NCBI GenBank assembly: GCA_965215335.1
Contig: CBDCDA010000001.1
Span: forward strand, 928,001-992,000
Source of the DNA: an uncultured Candidatus Entotheonella sp.
Lineage (GTDB): Bacteria; Tectomicrobia; Entotheonellia; Entotheonellales; Entotheonellaceae
Length of the DNA: 64,000 nt
Direction of reading: 5' to 3'
Below the pieces are notes generated by a model. That model was given only the letters and a program-made list of their open reading frames with translations. It ran no database searches and had not been told where the DNA came from. Positions 1-9,518 of the stretch are shown in pieces. The stretch's first letter is position 1, and each line of letters begins with the position of its first letter. The position numbers and the translations under genes are program-made.

Positions 1-111
1 CTGCGCCTGCAGGCTGTCGAGCAACCGGTCGATCGACGAATAACGGCTCGGCATGTCCACGGTGATCAGGGTATTGAAGAGGTCGAAGGCCACCGCCTGG
101 ATGTTGCGCAT
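1..111 (-). CDS. HAD-superfamily hydrolase, N-terminal part (runs off the window)
   Basis: Manual translation MRNIQAVAFDLFNTLITVDMP...; HAD motif I-like FDLFNTL; GGGGAG RBS upstream; not in the ORF track. Confidence 0.75.
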   Translation of the reverse strand, partial: MRNIQAVAFDLFNTLITVDMPSRYSSIDRLLDSLQAQ

Positions 112-315
112 GTGCTCCCCGAATGACGCCCGTTCAGATGCCGGCACCCGCTTTCCGGCGGGTGCATCTTGCCATGCAAGAGGACGCCCGACAATCGGCC
201 GGCGCCGCGCTTGCAGTGCCGAGGGCCATCACGTAAAGTATGCCGCTCGTACATTGAGCATGATCTGCCGACACGAACCCACACCACCCCAACGCTCAGG
301 GCGGGAGATGACGAT

Positions 316-1521
316 ATGATCCGCACACGATTCAAGACGCGACGGCAGACCATTGCAGTGCTTATGTCCGTGGGGCTGTTTATCGCACCATTGCCTTCGG
401 CGAACGAGACGACGTCCCTGAACGAAGACACACCAGCGCAGGATGAACAAGCCGCACTGGCGCGTATTGCCGACCCGCCGCTAGGTCTGCCCGACGTCCC
501 CGTGCCTGACGACAACCCGCCCACCGCCGCCAAAGTCAACCTGGGCCGCAAGCTGTTCTTCGACGAACGTCTGTCCCATGGCGGCAAGTTGTCATGCGGC
601 TCGTGCCATCTGCCCCATGAGGGCTTCACGGTCAGCAAGGGCGCGACGCCCGTAGGCCATGAAGGCGCGATTCTGCGGCGCAATGCCCCCACCCTGCTGA
701 ACGTCGCGTACCAGCGTTCGCTCTTCCTCGACGGGCGCCAGAGCAGCCTCGAAGAACAAGCCCTCGAGCCCTTCACCGTGGCGGACGAATTGGCCAATCC
801 GTCGCTGGATGTGGTCATCGCTCGCATCCGCGAACTGCCCGATTACGCCGGCCGATTCGAGGAAGCGTTCGGCGAAGGTCCCAGCCCGAAGACCCTGGCA
901 CAGGCCATTTCCACCTACGAGCGTACCCTGCTGGCCGCTGATTCCGCCTTTGACCGCTGGCGCTACGGCGGGCAGGAAGGCGCCTTGAACGCCATCGCCA
1001 AACAGGGTTTCGACCTGTTCACCGGCAAGGCCGGCTGCGTCGCCTGCCACGCCCTCGACGAGCGCGACGCGCTGTTTACCGACCACCTGTTCCACGATGA
1101 CGGCATCGGCTGGATTCCCTCCCGCGACATCGGCGCCGGACGCCTGACAGTGGACCGCGGCGTACCCGTCTATACCGAGAATGACGACCCCGGCGGCGCC
1201 CCGACGACGGCTTCCGATATGGGCCGCATGGAGGTCACCAAGGAATTCATCGACATGTTCCGCTACCGCACCCCTTCCCTGCGCAATATCGAGCTCACGG
1301 CGCCCTACATGCACAACGGCTCCATCGAGACGCTCGAAGACATCGTCGCCTACTACGGCGACGGCGGCTTCCGTCACTTCGGCATCGACCCGCTGGTGCG
1401 CGACCTGCGGCTGAGCGACACGGAAAAGGCGGCGCTGGTGGCCTTCCTGAAAAGCCTGACGGCGGGAAACATCGAGGCGCTGATCGCGGAGGCGCAGAGC
1501 GAGCTGACGATGGAACCCTAG
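316..1521 (+). CDS. Di-heme cytochrome c peroxidase (CCP/MauG family), exported
   Basis: Two CxxCH motifs (CGSCH, CVACH), LGRKLFFD, RNAPTLLN, TPSLRNIELTAPYMHNG; signal peptide; start set at ATG 316 after GGGAG. Confidence 0.9.
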   Translation: MIRTRFKTRRQTIAVLMSVGLFIAPLPSANETTSLNEDTPAQDEQAALARIADPPLGLPDVPVPDDNPPTAAKVNLGRKLFFDERLSHGGKLSCGSCHLPHEGFTVSKGATPVGHEGAILRRNAPTLLNVAYQRSLFLDGRQSSLEEQALEPFTVADELANPSLDVVIARIRELPDYAGRFEEAFGEGPSPKTLAQAISTYERTLLAADSAFDRWRYGGQEGALNAIAKQGFDLFTGKAGCVACHALDERDALFTDHLFHDDGIGWIPSRDIGAGRLTVDRGVPVYTENDDPGGAPTTASDMGRMEVTKEFIDMFRYRTPSLRNIELTAPYMHNGSIETLEDIVAYYGDGGFRHFGIDPLVRDLRLSDTEKAALVAFLKSLTAGNIEALIAEAQSELTMEP

Positions 1522-1614
1522 TGCCCGAATTCCCCTGGGCGCGAGGCCCTGCGGCACGAAGTTGATGCTTGGCAGAACCGTCGCAACCAGAGCACGGTGG
1601 AGGTGAATCGGCGT

Positions 1615-2073
1615 TTAGGCACCGAAGCGAACTGCGGCTACCGGGTCGCTGTACTCGACGCCTTTGGTGGACCAGAAGATGGTGGCGATCTCGTCCACGG
1701 CGGCGACCAGCGCTTCGGCTTTCTCCATGCTGACGGTCTGCTTGCACTGGCCCGCGAGCTTGAGGGCAGCGTTGAATTTGCCGGCGATTTCGTTGGCGTC
1801 GGTGCCGGGCCAGGCGTAGTCTGCCCAGAGGATGCGAAGCTCGTGCTTGCAGAGTTCCGCGTGCTCTTCTTTCACCGTAACGTAGCGCCCGAGTGTGTTG
1901 GCGTACGCGACATCGCCGGTGTCTTCCAGCGACTGGATGCGGAGAACCATCTTCTGCACGGTCTGTGCCGCAATCTTCGCCGAGATGGGATCGTAGATGC
2001 CACAGGGAATGTCACAGTGCGCGCTGGCGGTTCGGATGGAAAACAGACGCTCGACAGTTGACTTTACGCTCAT
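1615..2073 (-). CDS. sodN: Nickel superoxide dismutase precursor
   Basis: Ni-hook HCDIPCGIYDP after an 18-aa leader; KEEHAELCKHELRILWADY; AGQCKQ. Confidence 0.96.
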   Translation of the reverse strand: MSVKSTVERLFSIRTASAHCDIPCGIYDPISAKIAAQTVQKMVLRIQSLEDTGDVAYANTLGRYVTVKEEHAELCKHELRILWADYAWPGTDANEIAGKFNAALKLAGQCKQTVSMEKAEALVAAVDEIATIFWSTKGVEYSDPVAAVRFGA

Positions 2074-2117
2074 TATGAACCTTCCTCATCGGGGGGAGGG
2101 AGCTGAAACCTGACAGG

Positions 2118-2146
2118 AGGATACAATGGACGCCCTTTGTGTGCAA
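2118..2146 (-). promoter_or_regulatory. Sigma70-type promoter for sodN
   Basis: Minus strand TTGCAC-17 nt-TATCCT, about 45 nt upstream of the sodN start. Confidence 0.55.
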
Positions 2147-2200
2147 GTGATTGCCGCTTCCGGCAGCTCTCTGCGCCAGGTCGATAAGGGGTGGTCTGGC

Positions 2201-2644
2201 ATGTCTGCCGTATTACCGCTGTACAGGGTGCGAGGTCAGAGCATGGAACCAACGCTCCGTCAGGGGGACTATGTGCTGGTACGCGCATGCAAGGAGCCCG
2301 CACGAGCGCCACGGCGGGGCGACATCGTTGTTGTCGCGATGGCCGAGGGAAGGCATGTGAAGCGCATCGTAGGGTTGCCAGGTGAGCGCGTGGTCTTCAC
2401 ACGGGGCATGCTGCTTGTTGACGGCGACAGGCTTATAGAGCCTTACCTGCGCGGACTGCCGCCGTATCTCGGCCTGGAAGAATCCGAGTTTTCGCTCGCG
2501 CGGGACGAGTATTTCGTCATGGGCGACAATCGGGCGCGCAGCACGGATAGCCGGCACTGTGGGCCGGTGACTCGCTCGAGCATGGAAGGCAGGACAATAT
2601 GGCGTGTCTGGCCGCCGACTTGCAAGCTTCTCAATGGCTTCTGA
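2201..2644 (+). CDS. sodX: S26 peptidase, probable NiSOD maturation protease
   Basis: GQSMEPTL (catalytic Ser), VKRIVGLPG (Lys), GDNRARSTDSR; adjacent and divergent to sodN; alternative start at 2126. Confidence 0.85.
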   Translation: MSAVLPLYRVRGQSMEPTLRQGDYVLVRACKEPARAPRRGDIVVVAMAEGRHVKRIVGLPGERVVFTRGMLLVDGDRLIEPYLRGLPPYLGLEESEFSLARDEYFVMGDNRARSTDSRHCGPVTRSSMEGRTIWRVWPPTCKLLNGF

Positions 2645-2700
2645 CTCGTTTGCTTGCGACACCCGCAAGCCGACGAATCTGAATGAACAGGAGGTCCCGA

Positions 2701-4473
2701 GTGGCGATTCATCACCAGAGCGAGCACACCGAGGTTGACCACGGCGCCGGCCGGCCGGTAATTCGCGGCCGCAACGGCATCGTCTCCACCGGTCACTATC
2801 TGACCTCCATGGCGGCGATGCGTCAGTTGCTGAGTGGCGGTAACGCTTTCGACGCTGCCGTCGCCGCCTGCATGGCGGCGGCGGTGGTGGAGCCGACCGC
2901 CTCCTACTCCCTGGCTGCCGAGGGGGTCGGCATGTTTTTCCACGCTGCCAGCGGGCAACTGTCGGCGGTGAGCGGTCAGGGCGTGGCGCCCCGCCTCGCT
3001 ACCATCGAGGCGTTTCGCAGCCGCGGACTGGACAAGATTCCCACCGGTCCGGGGCCACAGGCGCATCTATCCTTCACCGTACCCGGCGTGGTGGACGCAT
3101 GCTTCGGCCTGCTCGAAACCCGTGGCAGCAAAACCCTTGGCGAAGTCCTGGCCCCGGCCATCGACTATGCCGAACAGGGCTTCCCGATGTACGAAACCAT
3201 GCGCCGCATGCTGGACAGCGCGGACACCAAGGCGCAGTTCGACCTCTACCCGCCGGGCGGCACGGGGGTGTTTTATCCCGGCGGCTCGATTCCGGCTGTC
3301 GGCGACCGCTTCGTGCAACCCCAGCTTGCCGAGACGCTGCGCCTGCTGGTGCAGGCCGAGGCGAACACCATCGGCTCGCGCCGCGACGGCCTGCAGGCGG
3401 CCCGTGCGGTGTTTTACGAGGGCGAAATCGCCCATCGAATCGCCACGTTTTCCGAACGCTACGGCGGTCTGCTGCGACACGACGACCTGGCCGCCTACCA
3501 GTCGCGCATCGAGAGCCCCATCGAAACCCCCTTCGCCGGCTATTCCATTCATACCCAATCGACCTGGTCGCAGGCCGCCGTTTTGTTGCAAACCCTCAAC
3601 ATGCTGGAGTACCTCGAACTACGTGCCCTGGGACACAATTCACCCGCCTACGTGCATACCGTCACGGAGGCCCTGAAGCTCGCCTTCGCCGACCGCGAGC
3701 GCTATTACGGCGACCCCGAATTCGCCGACGTGCCGATCGACGGGCTGCTGAACAAGGCTTATGCCGCGCAGCGTGTGCAGGGCATCGGCGAGCGGGCTTG
3801 TCCGGAATTGCCGCCGTTCGGCACGCCAGCCGGGTCATCGGCCGCGTTGCCGAGCCCGCAACCGGCAACGGCCGGCTTCCCCGAGACGCCGGAGGAGGGC
3901 ACGACGCATCTGGCCGTGATCGACGGCGACGGCAACATGGTCTGCCTGACGCCGAGCGGCGGCGTGTTTCGCAAGTCGGCCTTTGCGCCGGAATTGGGCT
4001 GCACGCTCAGCACCCGCAGCGAGATGTTTTTCCTCGACGCCGAGCACCCCAACGGCCTGCAACCCGGCAAGCGTCCGCGCACTACCCTGGTGAATTACAT
4101 CGTCTCCAAGGACGGCCAACCTGTCATGACCTTCGGGTGCCCCGGCGGTGACGATCAGGCGCAGGCCAATCTGCAGTTGATGCTCAACGTGCTCGTCTTC
4201 GGCATGGATCCCCAGCAGGCCGTGGAGGCGCCGCGCTTTTCCACCCAGAGCATGCCCAACTCGTTCTACCCGCGTGTCTACCACCCCGGCGTCCTCAACC
4301 TCGAAACAGGCTTTGCCGATGCCACCGCCGCGGCCCTGGCCGCCAGGGGCCACAGAATCAACCGCGTCGGCGCCTGCGGCATCGGCGCCGTCATCACCCA
4401 ACGCCATCCCGACACCGGCATTCTGGCCGCCGGCGCCGACCCCCGCCGCCCGACCTACGCCCTTGCCTGGTGA
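2701..4473 (+). CDS. ggt: Gamma-glutamyltransferase family protein
   Basis: GGNAFDAAVA, TVPG, EALKLAFADRERYYGDP, nucleophile TTH, PGKRPRTT, GADPRR; GTG start with GGAGG. Confidence 0.92.
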   Translation: MAIHHQSEHTEVDHGAGRPVIRGRNGIVSTGHYLTSMAAMRQLLSGGNAFDAAVAACMAAAVVEPTASYSLAAEGVGMFFHAASGQLSAVSGQGVAPRLATIEAFRSRGLDKIPTGPGPQAHLSFTVPGVVDACFGLLETRGSKTLGEVLAPAIDYAEQGFPMYETMRRMLDSADTKAQFDLYPPGGTGVFYPGGSIPAVGDRFVQPQLAETLRLLVQAEANTIGSRRDGLQAARAVFYEGEIAHRIATFSERYGGLLRHDDLAAYQSRIESPIETPFAGYSIHTQSTWSQAAVLLQTLNMLEYLELRALGHNSPAYVHTVTEALKLAFADRERYYGDPEFADVPIDGLLNKAYAAQRVQGIGERACPELPPFGTPAGSSAALPSPQPATAGFPETPEEGTTHLAVIDGDGNMVCLTPSGGVFRKSAFAPELGCTLSTRSEMFFLDAEHPNGLQPGKRPRTTLVNYIVSKDGQPVMTFGCPGGDDQAQANLQLMLNVLVFGMDPQQAVEAPRFSTQSMPNSFYPRVYHPGVLNLETGFADATAAALAARGHRINRVGACGIGAVITQRHPDTGILAAGADPRRPTYALAW

Positions 4474-4564
4474 ACCGCGCGGGTTGACGGGTTTCGGCAC
4501 AACAGCGGATTTGATGCGAAGCTGACCTGAAGGCATTCGCCAAAACTCACAAAGGGATTTCAGA

Positions 4565-5290
4565 ATGAACGAACCATTACGCTCCGATCTCGCGCCAACC
4601 GGCGTGCTGCGGGCGGGCATCAACATGGCCAATTTTCTGCTGGTCACCGGACGTCGAGACGACGGCGCCCCACAGGGCGTGGCGCCGGACATGGCGAGCG
4701 CCGTGGCGGAGCGCCTGGGCGTGGAAATCGCTTACGTGCCTTACGAAACACCCGGACAACTGGCTGACGATGCAACGAAGGGTGTCTGGGACATCGGCCT
4801 GATCGGCGCTGAACCGGCGCGCGCCGAACACATCGCGTTTTCGGCGGCGTACGTGGAGATCGAGGCCACCTACCTGGTGCCGGGAGATTCCCCGATACAG
4901 GCCATGGCCGACGTCGACCGGCCCGGCGTACGCATCGCGGTAGCGGCCCGCAGCGCCTACGATCTCTACCTGACACGCAACATCCAGCACGCCGAGCTGG
5001 TTCGAGTGGCCGGGCTGAACGCTTCCTACGACCTGTTCGTCAATGACAGGCTGGACGCCCTGGCCGGGCTGCGGCCGCGGCTCATGACGGACGTCGAGAA
5101 GCTGCCCGGCGCCCGGCTGCTGGACGGCCAGTTCACCGCCGTGCAGCAGGCCGTCGGCACGCCACGCGGCCGCGCGGCCGGCGCGGCGTTCCTGCGGGAT
5201 TTCGTCGAGGCGGCCAAGGCGGACGGACTGGTGGGCCGATTGATCGAGCGCCACCGGGTGCGCGGTTTGTCGGTGGCGCCGCCGGCGTGA
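4565..5290 (+). CDS. Amino-acid-type ABC substrate-binding protein (family 3)
   Basis: LAPTGVLRAGIN, DVDRPGVRIAV, SAYDLYL motifs; no partner permease nearby. Confidence 0.85.
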   Translation: MNEPLRSDLAPTGVLRAGINMANFLLVTGRRDDGAPQGVAPDMASAVAERLGVEIAYVPYETPGQLADDATKGVWDIGLIGAEPARAEHIAFSAAYVEIEATYLVPGDSPIQAMADVDRPGVRIAVAARSAYDLYLTRNIQHAELVRVAGLNASYDLFVNDRLDALAGLRPRLMTDVEKLPGARLLDGQFTAVQQAVGTPRGRAAGAAFLRDFVEAAKADGLVGRLIERHRVRGLSVAPPA

Positions 5291-5298
5291 GGGTCGAG

Positions 5299-6087
5299 TC
5301 AGATGCAGCGAACGCCGCCGCCATCGACCGGCGTGATGGTGCCGGTCATATAGGAAGCCAGCGGCGAAGCGAGGAAAACGGCGAGGCTGGCGACTTCACG
5401 GGGCTCGCCGGGGCGTTGCAGCGGATAGCCCTGCAGCCAGGCGGCTTGGGTTTTCTGCGGGGTCTCGCCGCGCTCGGCGGCCATGGTCGCCATCAGGGTG
5501 TCCCAGCGCTCGGTGCGAATGGGGCCGGGATTGATGGCGTTCACCAGAATACCGTGCGCTCCGCCCTCGTCGGCCAGCGCCTTGGTCATGTTCATCAATG
5601 CCGCGTTGGCGCCGCCCCCGGCAATGTAGCCGGCGCTCGGTTGCCGGCCAGCGGTGCCGATGATGTTGACGATGCGCCCGCCGCCCTTGGCCTGCATCAG
5701 GGGAAACATTTCGCGCGCCAGCCGGATGTAGCCGAACACCTTCAAAGACCAGTCGGTGTGCCAGTCTTCGTCCGGCTTGGCGAGCAGCGAACCGGCGCGG
5801 ATGGCGCCGGCGTTGTTGACCAGAATATCGACCGTGCTGAAATGGCTGACCGTCTGCTGCACCAGGCTGCGCACGCCGAGCAGTGAACTGAGGTCGGCGC
5901 TCACCGGCAGCACCCGCACGTCGTGACGCTGTTGCAAGTCCTCGGCCACGGCCTCCAAGCGATCCGCACCCCGCGCACAGAGGGCCAAGTTGACCCCCTC
6001 GGCCGCCAAGCCCTCGGCAATCGCCTTGCCGATCCCCTTGCTGGCACCGGTCACCACAGCCACCTGCCCGCGCATGTTCAGTTCCAT
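5299..6087 (-). CDS. Short-chain dehydrogenase/reductase
   Basis: TGASKGIG, NNAG, NAINPGPIRT, VDGG; YxxxK replaced (atypical). Confidence 0.9.
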   Translation of the reverse strand: MELNMRGQVAVVTGASKGIGKAIAEGLAAEGVNLALCARGADRLEAVAEDLQQRHDVRVLPVSADLSSLLGVRSLVQQTVSHFSTVDILVNNAGAIRAGSLLAKPDEDWHTDWSLKVFGYIRLAREMFPLMQAKGGGRIVNIIGTAGRQPSAGYIAGGGANAALMNMTKALADEGGAHGILVNAINPGPIRTERWDTLMATMAAERGETPQKTQAAWLQGYPLQRPGEPREVASLAVFLASPLASYMTGTITPVDGGGVRCI

Positions 6088-6295
6088 GATTCCTTCCTTC
6101 GTTCGATGATTGGCGCCGCTGCCACAGTGAAAACCGCTCGGTCCCGATTAACGGTCCGACGATCAGCGGATGGAGCCGGAATGATAGCATAGAAAGCGCG
6201 CCTGCCCGACCTCCTCCACCTGTGTGGTAAGCTCTGCGCAGCCGCTCGTTGCCTGAAACCTTCCGCCCCGCCATCCTCTGTCGATGCGTGACGCC

Positions 6296-7000
6296 ATGAG
6301 CGAATTCCGCGACGCCTTTCAGACCGCCATCACCCTGCTCGTGTACCTCGACGCCGACTTGATGGCCATTGTCGGATTATCGCTGTCGGTAAGCCTGTCG
6401 GCGGTGTTTCTGGCGGCCCTGGCGGGGCTGCCGTTCGGGGCGGCGGTGGCGGTATGGCGGTTTCCCGGCCGACAAGCGGTGCGGGTGCTCCTCAACGCCC
6501 TGCTCGGTATCCCGCCGGTGGTCATCGGGTTGATCGTTTATCTCTCGCTTTCACGGGCCGGTCCCCTTGGCGCGCTCGCACTGCTGTTCACCCCGACGGC
6601 CATGATCATCGCCCAGTGGCTGCTGGTGACGCCAATCATCGCCGCCCTGGCGCAGCAGACCGTCAGCGACCTGCACGACGAATACGCCGAGCAACTCCGG
6701 TCTCTGGGCGTCGGATCGGGAGGCGCCATCCCTACCCTGCTGTGGGAGGGCCGACTGAGCCTGCTGATCGCCGTGATGGCCGGCTTCGGGCGGGCCATCG
6801 CCGAGGTCGGCGCCGTCATCATCGTGGGCGGCAACATCAATCACGTCACGCGCGTCATGACCACCGCCATCGCCCTGGAAACCAGCAAGGGCAATCTGGC
6901 GCTGGCGCTGGCCCTCGGCATGATCCTGCTGCTGTTGGCGCTGGCGGTCAATGCCGCCGCCCTGGTGGCACGGGACGCCGTCAGGCGGCTGTACGGATGA
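6296..7000 (+). CDS. tupB: Tungstate ABC transporter permease
   Basis: GIPPVVIGL, AGFGRAIAEVGAVIIVGGNI, TRVMTTAIALETSKG. Confidence 0.9.
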   Translation: MSEFRDAFQTAITLLVYLDADLMAIVGLSLSVSLSAVFLAALAGLPFGAAVAVWRFPGRQAVRVLLNALLGIPPVVIGLIVYLSLSRAGPLGALALLFTPTAMIIAQWLLVTPIIAALAQQTVSDLHDEYAEQLRSLGVGSGGAIPTLLWEGRLSLLIAVMAGFGRAIAEVGAVIIVGGNINHVTRVMTTAIALETSKGNLALALALGMILLLLALAVNAAALVARDAVRRLYG

Positions 7001-7009
7001 GGGGCTGAC

Positions 7010-7765
7010 GTGGAACGGTCCGATACACAACGCGGGCGCGCCGACGAAATCCCTCGAATTCTGCCGCTGCAGGTGCGTGACCTCTGCTTCGAGGCCGGCG
7101 GCCGGCGGCTGATCAATGGCATCTCCTTCACCATCGATGCGGGGCCGCGCCTCATCATCCTGGGACCCAACGGCGCCGGCAAGAGCCTGTTGCTGCGGCT
7201 TTGCCATGGGTTGCTGTCCCCGTCCGCAGGCCGTATCGAATGGGCCGAAGCGGATCCGGTCCGCGCCCGGCGTCAGCAGGCCATGGTGTTCCAGCGTCCG
7301 GTGCTGTTGCGCCGCTCGGTGGCCGCCAACGCCCATTTCGGTCTGCGATTGCGCCGGGTGCGGCGGCGGCGGCGGCAGGCGGTGGTAGCCGAGGCGCTGC
7401 GTCAGGGCGGCCTGGCTCACGTTGCCAACCGCGCGGCCCGGGTGCTGTCGGGCGGCGAGCAGCAGCGCCTTGCCCTGGTGCGCGCCTGGACGCTGCAGCC
7501 GCAGGTGCTGTTTCTCGACGAACCGACGGCCCACCTCGACCCGGCGGCTACGCGGGCCGTTGAAACGCTACTGAACCGGTTCCACGCCGCCGGCGCCAAG
7601 CTCATCATGACCACCCACGACCTGGGGCAGGCCCGCCGCCTGGCCGACGAGGTGCTCTTCCTGCACCGTGGCCGGCTGCTCGAACACAGCCCGGCCGCAG
7701 CGTTCTTCGCCCAACCACAAAGCGCCGAGGCGGCCGCGTTTCTCGCCGGGAATCTGCTATGGTAA
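7010..7765 (+). CDS. tupC: Tungstate ABC transporter ATP-binding protein
   Basis: Walker A GPNGAGKS, LSGGEQQR, LDEPT; between tupB and tupA. Confidence 0.9.
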   Translation: MERSDTQRGRADEIPRILPLQVRDLCFEAGGRRLINGISFTIDAGPRLIILGPNGAGKSLLLRLCHGLLSPSAGRIEWAEADPVRARRQQAMVFQRPVLLRRSVAANAHFGLRLRRVRRRRRQAVVAEALRQGGLAHVANRAARVLSGGEQQRLALVRAWTLQPQVLFLDEPTAHLDPAATRAVETLLNRFHAAGAKLIMTTHDLGQARRLADEVLFLHRGRLLEHSPAAAFFAQPQSAEAAAFLAGNLLW

Positions 7766-7800
7766 GCGTCACATACCCCCTTCCTTTGAGAGAACCCTCC

Positions 7801-8628
7801 ATGCTTCGCCGCCCCATCGCCTGCCTGATCGCCGCTCTCCTGCTGTCGCCTGCAACCGGCCCCACCTCTGCCGTGCAGCGTTTCATTACCGTCGCGTCCA
7901 CCACCTCGACCGAGAATTCCGGCCTTTTCCAAGCCATTCTGCCGCGGTTCGAACGGGCTGCGGGCATCGCGGTGCGCGTCGTGGCGGTGGGCACCGGCCA
8001 GGCCATTCGCATGGCGCAGCGGGGCGATGCCGACGTGCTGCTCGTCCACCACCGGCCCTCCGAAGAACAATTCGTGGCCGATGGCTTCGGGGTTGAGCGC
8101 CATGACGTGATGTCCAACGATTTCGTACTGGTAGGCCCGGAAACGGACCCGGCGGGTGTGGGCGGCATGTCTGACGCCGTTGACGCGCTGGCGCAGGTCG
8201 CCGGGCAACAGGCGTTGTTCGTCTCGCGCGGCGACGACAGCGGTACGCACAAGCGGGAATTGGCTCTGTGGCAAGCAGCAGGAATCGACGCAGGGGCAAC
8301 CAGCGGCACCTGGTACCGTGAAAGCGGCGCCGGCATGGGAACCACGCTCAACATTGCCAGTGGCATGGGCGCTTATACCCTCACCGACCACAGCACCTGG
8401 CTCAACTTCAACAACAAGGGGGAGCTGGTGGTTCTGGTCGCGGGCGACCGACGCCTGTTCAATCCTTATGGGGTCATTCTGGTGAATCCGCAGCGCCATC
8501 CGCACGTCAAGGCGGCGGACGGCCAGGCGTTCATCGCCTGGTTGCTGTCTCCCGACGGACAAGCGGCAATTGCGGCATACCGCATCAACGGCCAGCCGGT
8601 TTTCTTTCCCGGCGCCGACACCCCGTAA
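7801..8628 (+). CDS. tupA: Tungstate ABC transporter substrate-binding protein
   Basis: ASTTSTENSG, VGTGQA, GDADVLLVH, FVSRGDDSGTH, LFNPYGVI; signal peptide. Confidence 0.92.
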   Translation: MLRRPIACLIAALLLSPATGPTSAVQRFITVASTTSTENSGLFQAILPRFERAAGIAVRVVAVGTGQAIRMAQRGDADVLLVHHRPSEEQFVADGFGVERHDVMSNDFVLVGPETDPAGVGGMSDAVDALAQVAGQQALFVSRGDDSGTHKRELALWQAAGIDAGATSGTWYRESGAGMGTTLNIASGMGAYTLTDHSTWLNFNNKGELVVLVAGDRRLFNPYGVILVNPQRHPHVKAADGQAFIAWLLSPDGQAAIAAYRINGQPVFFPGADTP

Positions 8629-8636
8629 ACCCCGTC

Positions 8637-9485
8637 TCAGCCCTTGACCGCGCCGGTCATGCCCGAGACGTAGTTTTCGACGAAGAAGGAATAGACGAAC
8701 GCGACCGGGACCGAACCCAGTAACGCCCCGGCCATCAGCGAGCCCCAGAAGAACACGTCGCCCTTCATCAGTTCGCTCACCACCCCGACCGGGATGGTCT
8801 TCTGCTGCGGCGAGGAGATGAATACCAGCGCGTAGAGAAACTCGTTCCACGACAGCGTGAACGAGAAAATGCCGGCGGAGAGAATGCCCGGCGTGCCGAG
8901 CGGCAGGATGATTTTCGTCATCGCCTGCAGGCGCGTCGCCCCGTCGATGCGGGCGCACTCCTCCAGCTCGCGCGGGATCGTCTTGAAGTATCCCATCAGC
9001 AGCCAGGCGGAAAACGGCACCAGGATGGTGGGGTACGTCAGGATGAGCGCCCACGGCGAATCAAGCAGCCGCAGATTGGCGATGACCGCGGCCAGCGGGA
9101 TGAACAGCAAGGTGGGCGGTACCAGGTAGGTGACGAAAATCGAGATGCCGAAGGTGGCCGAGCCCGGAAAGCGCAGGCGCGACAACGAGTAGCCGGCCAG
9201 CACACCGGCAAACAGGGAGATGGCGGTGGACGCCGTGGCGATCCACAGGGTGTTCAAGGCCCAGCGCGCGAACATCGTCTCCTTGAACAGGTAGAACCAG
9301 TGCTCCAGCGTGGCCCGCGACACGATGAACGGTGAGCGCCGCACGTTGTACAGCTCGAAATCCGGCTTGATCGAGGTGATGAGCATCCAGTAGAACGGGA
9401 ACAGCATCGCCGCCACGAACAGGAACAGCGGGATGTAGAAGACGATCAACCGCTTGGAGAACGTCTCGCCGACGTACGCTTGCAT
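8637..9485 (-). CDS. Carbohydrate-type ABC transporter permease (MalG-like)
   Basis: EAA loop ELEECARIDGA, SWNEFLYA, multiple TM helices. Confidence 0.92.
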   Translation of the reverse strand: MQAYVGETFSKRLIVFYIPLFLFVAAMLFPFYWMLITSIKPDFELYNVRRSPFIVSRATLEHWFYLFKETMFARWALNTLWIATASTAISLFAGVLAGYSLSRLRFPGSATFGISIFVTYLVPPTLLFIPLAAVIANLRLLDSPWALILTYPTILVPFSAWLLMGYFKTIPRELEECARIDGATRLQAMTKIILPLGTPGILSAGIFSFTLSWNEFLYALVFISSPQQKTIPVGVVSELMKGDVFFWGSLMAGALLGSVPVAFVYSFFVENYVSGMTGAVKG

Positions 9486-9518
9486 GAATGGAACCGCCTC
9501 TCCGGGATGACCGCGCGG

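Noticed and set aside
2126..2200. Longer sodX start at 2126 with apparent GGAGG RBS
   Set aside because: Not excluded, but the extension looks non-conserved and the apparent RBS coincides with the sodN -10 element on the other strand.
6090..6290. Possible Moco/Tuco riboswitch or ModE box upstream of tupB
   Set aside because: No matching conserved motif could be identified by eye.
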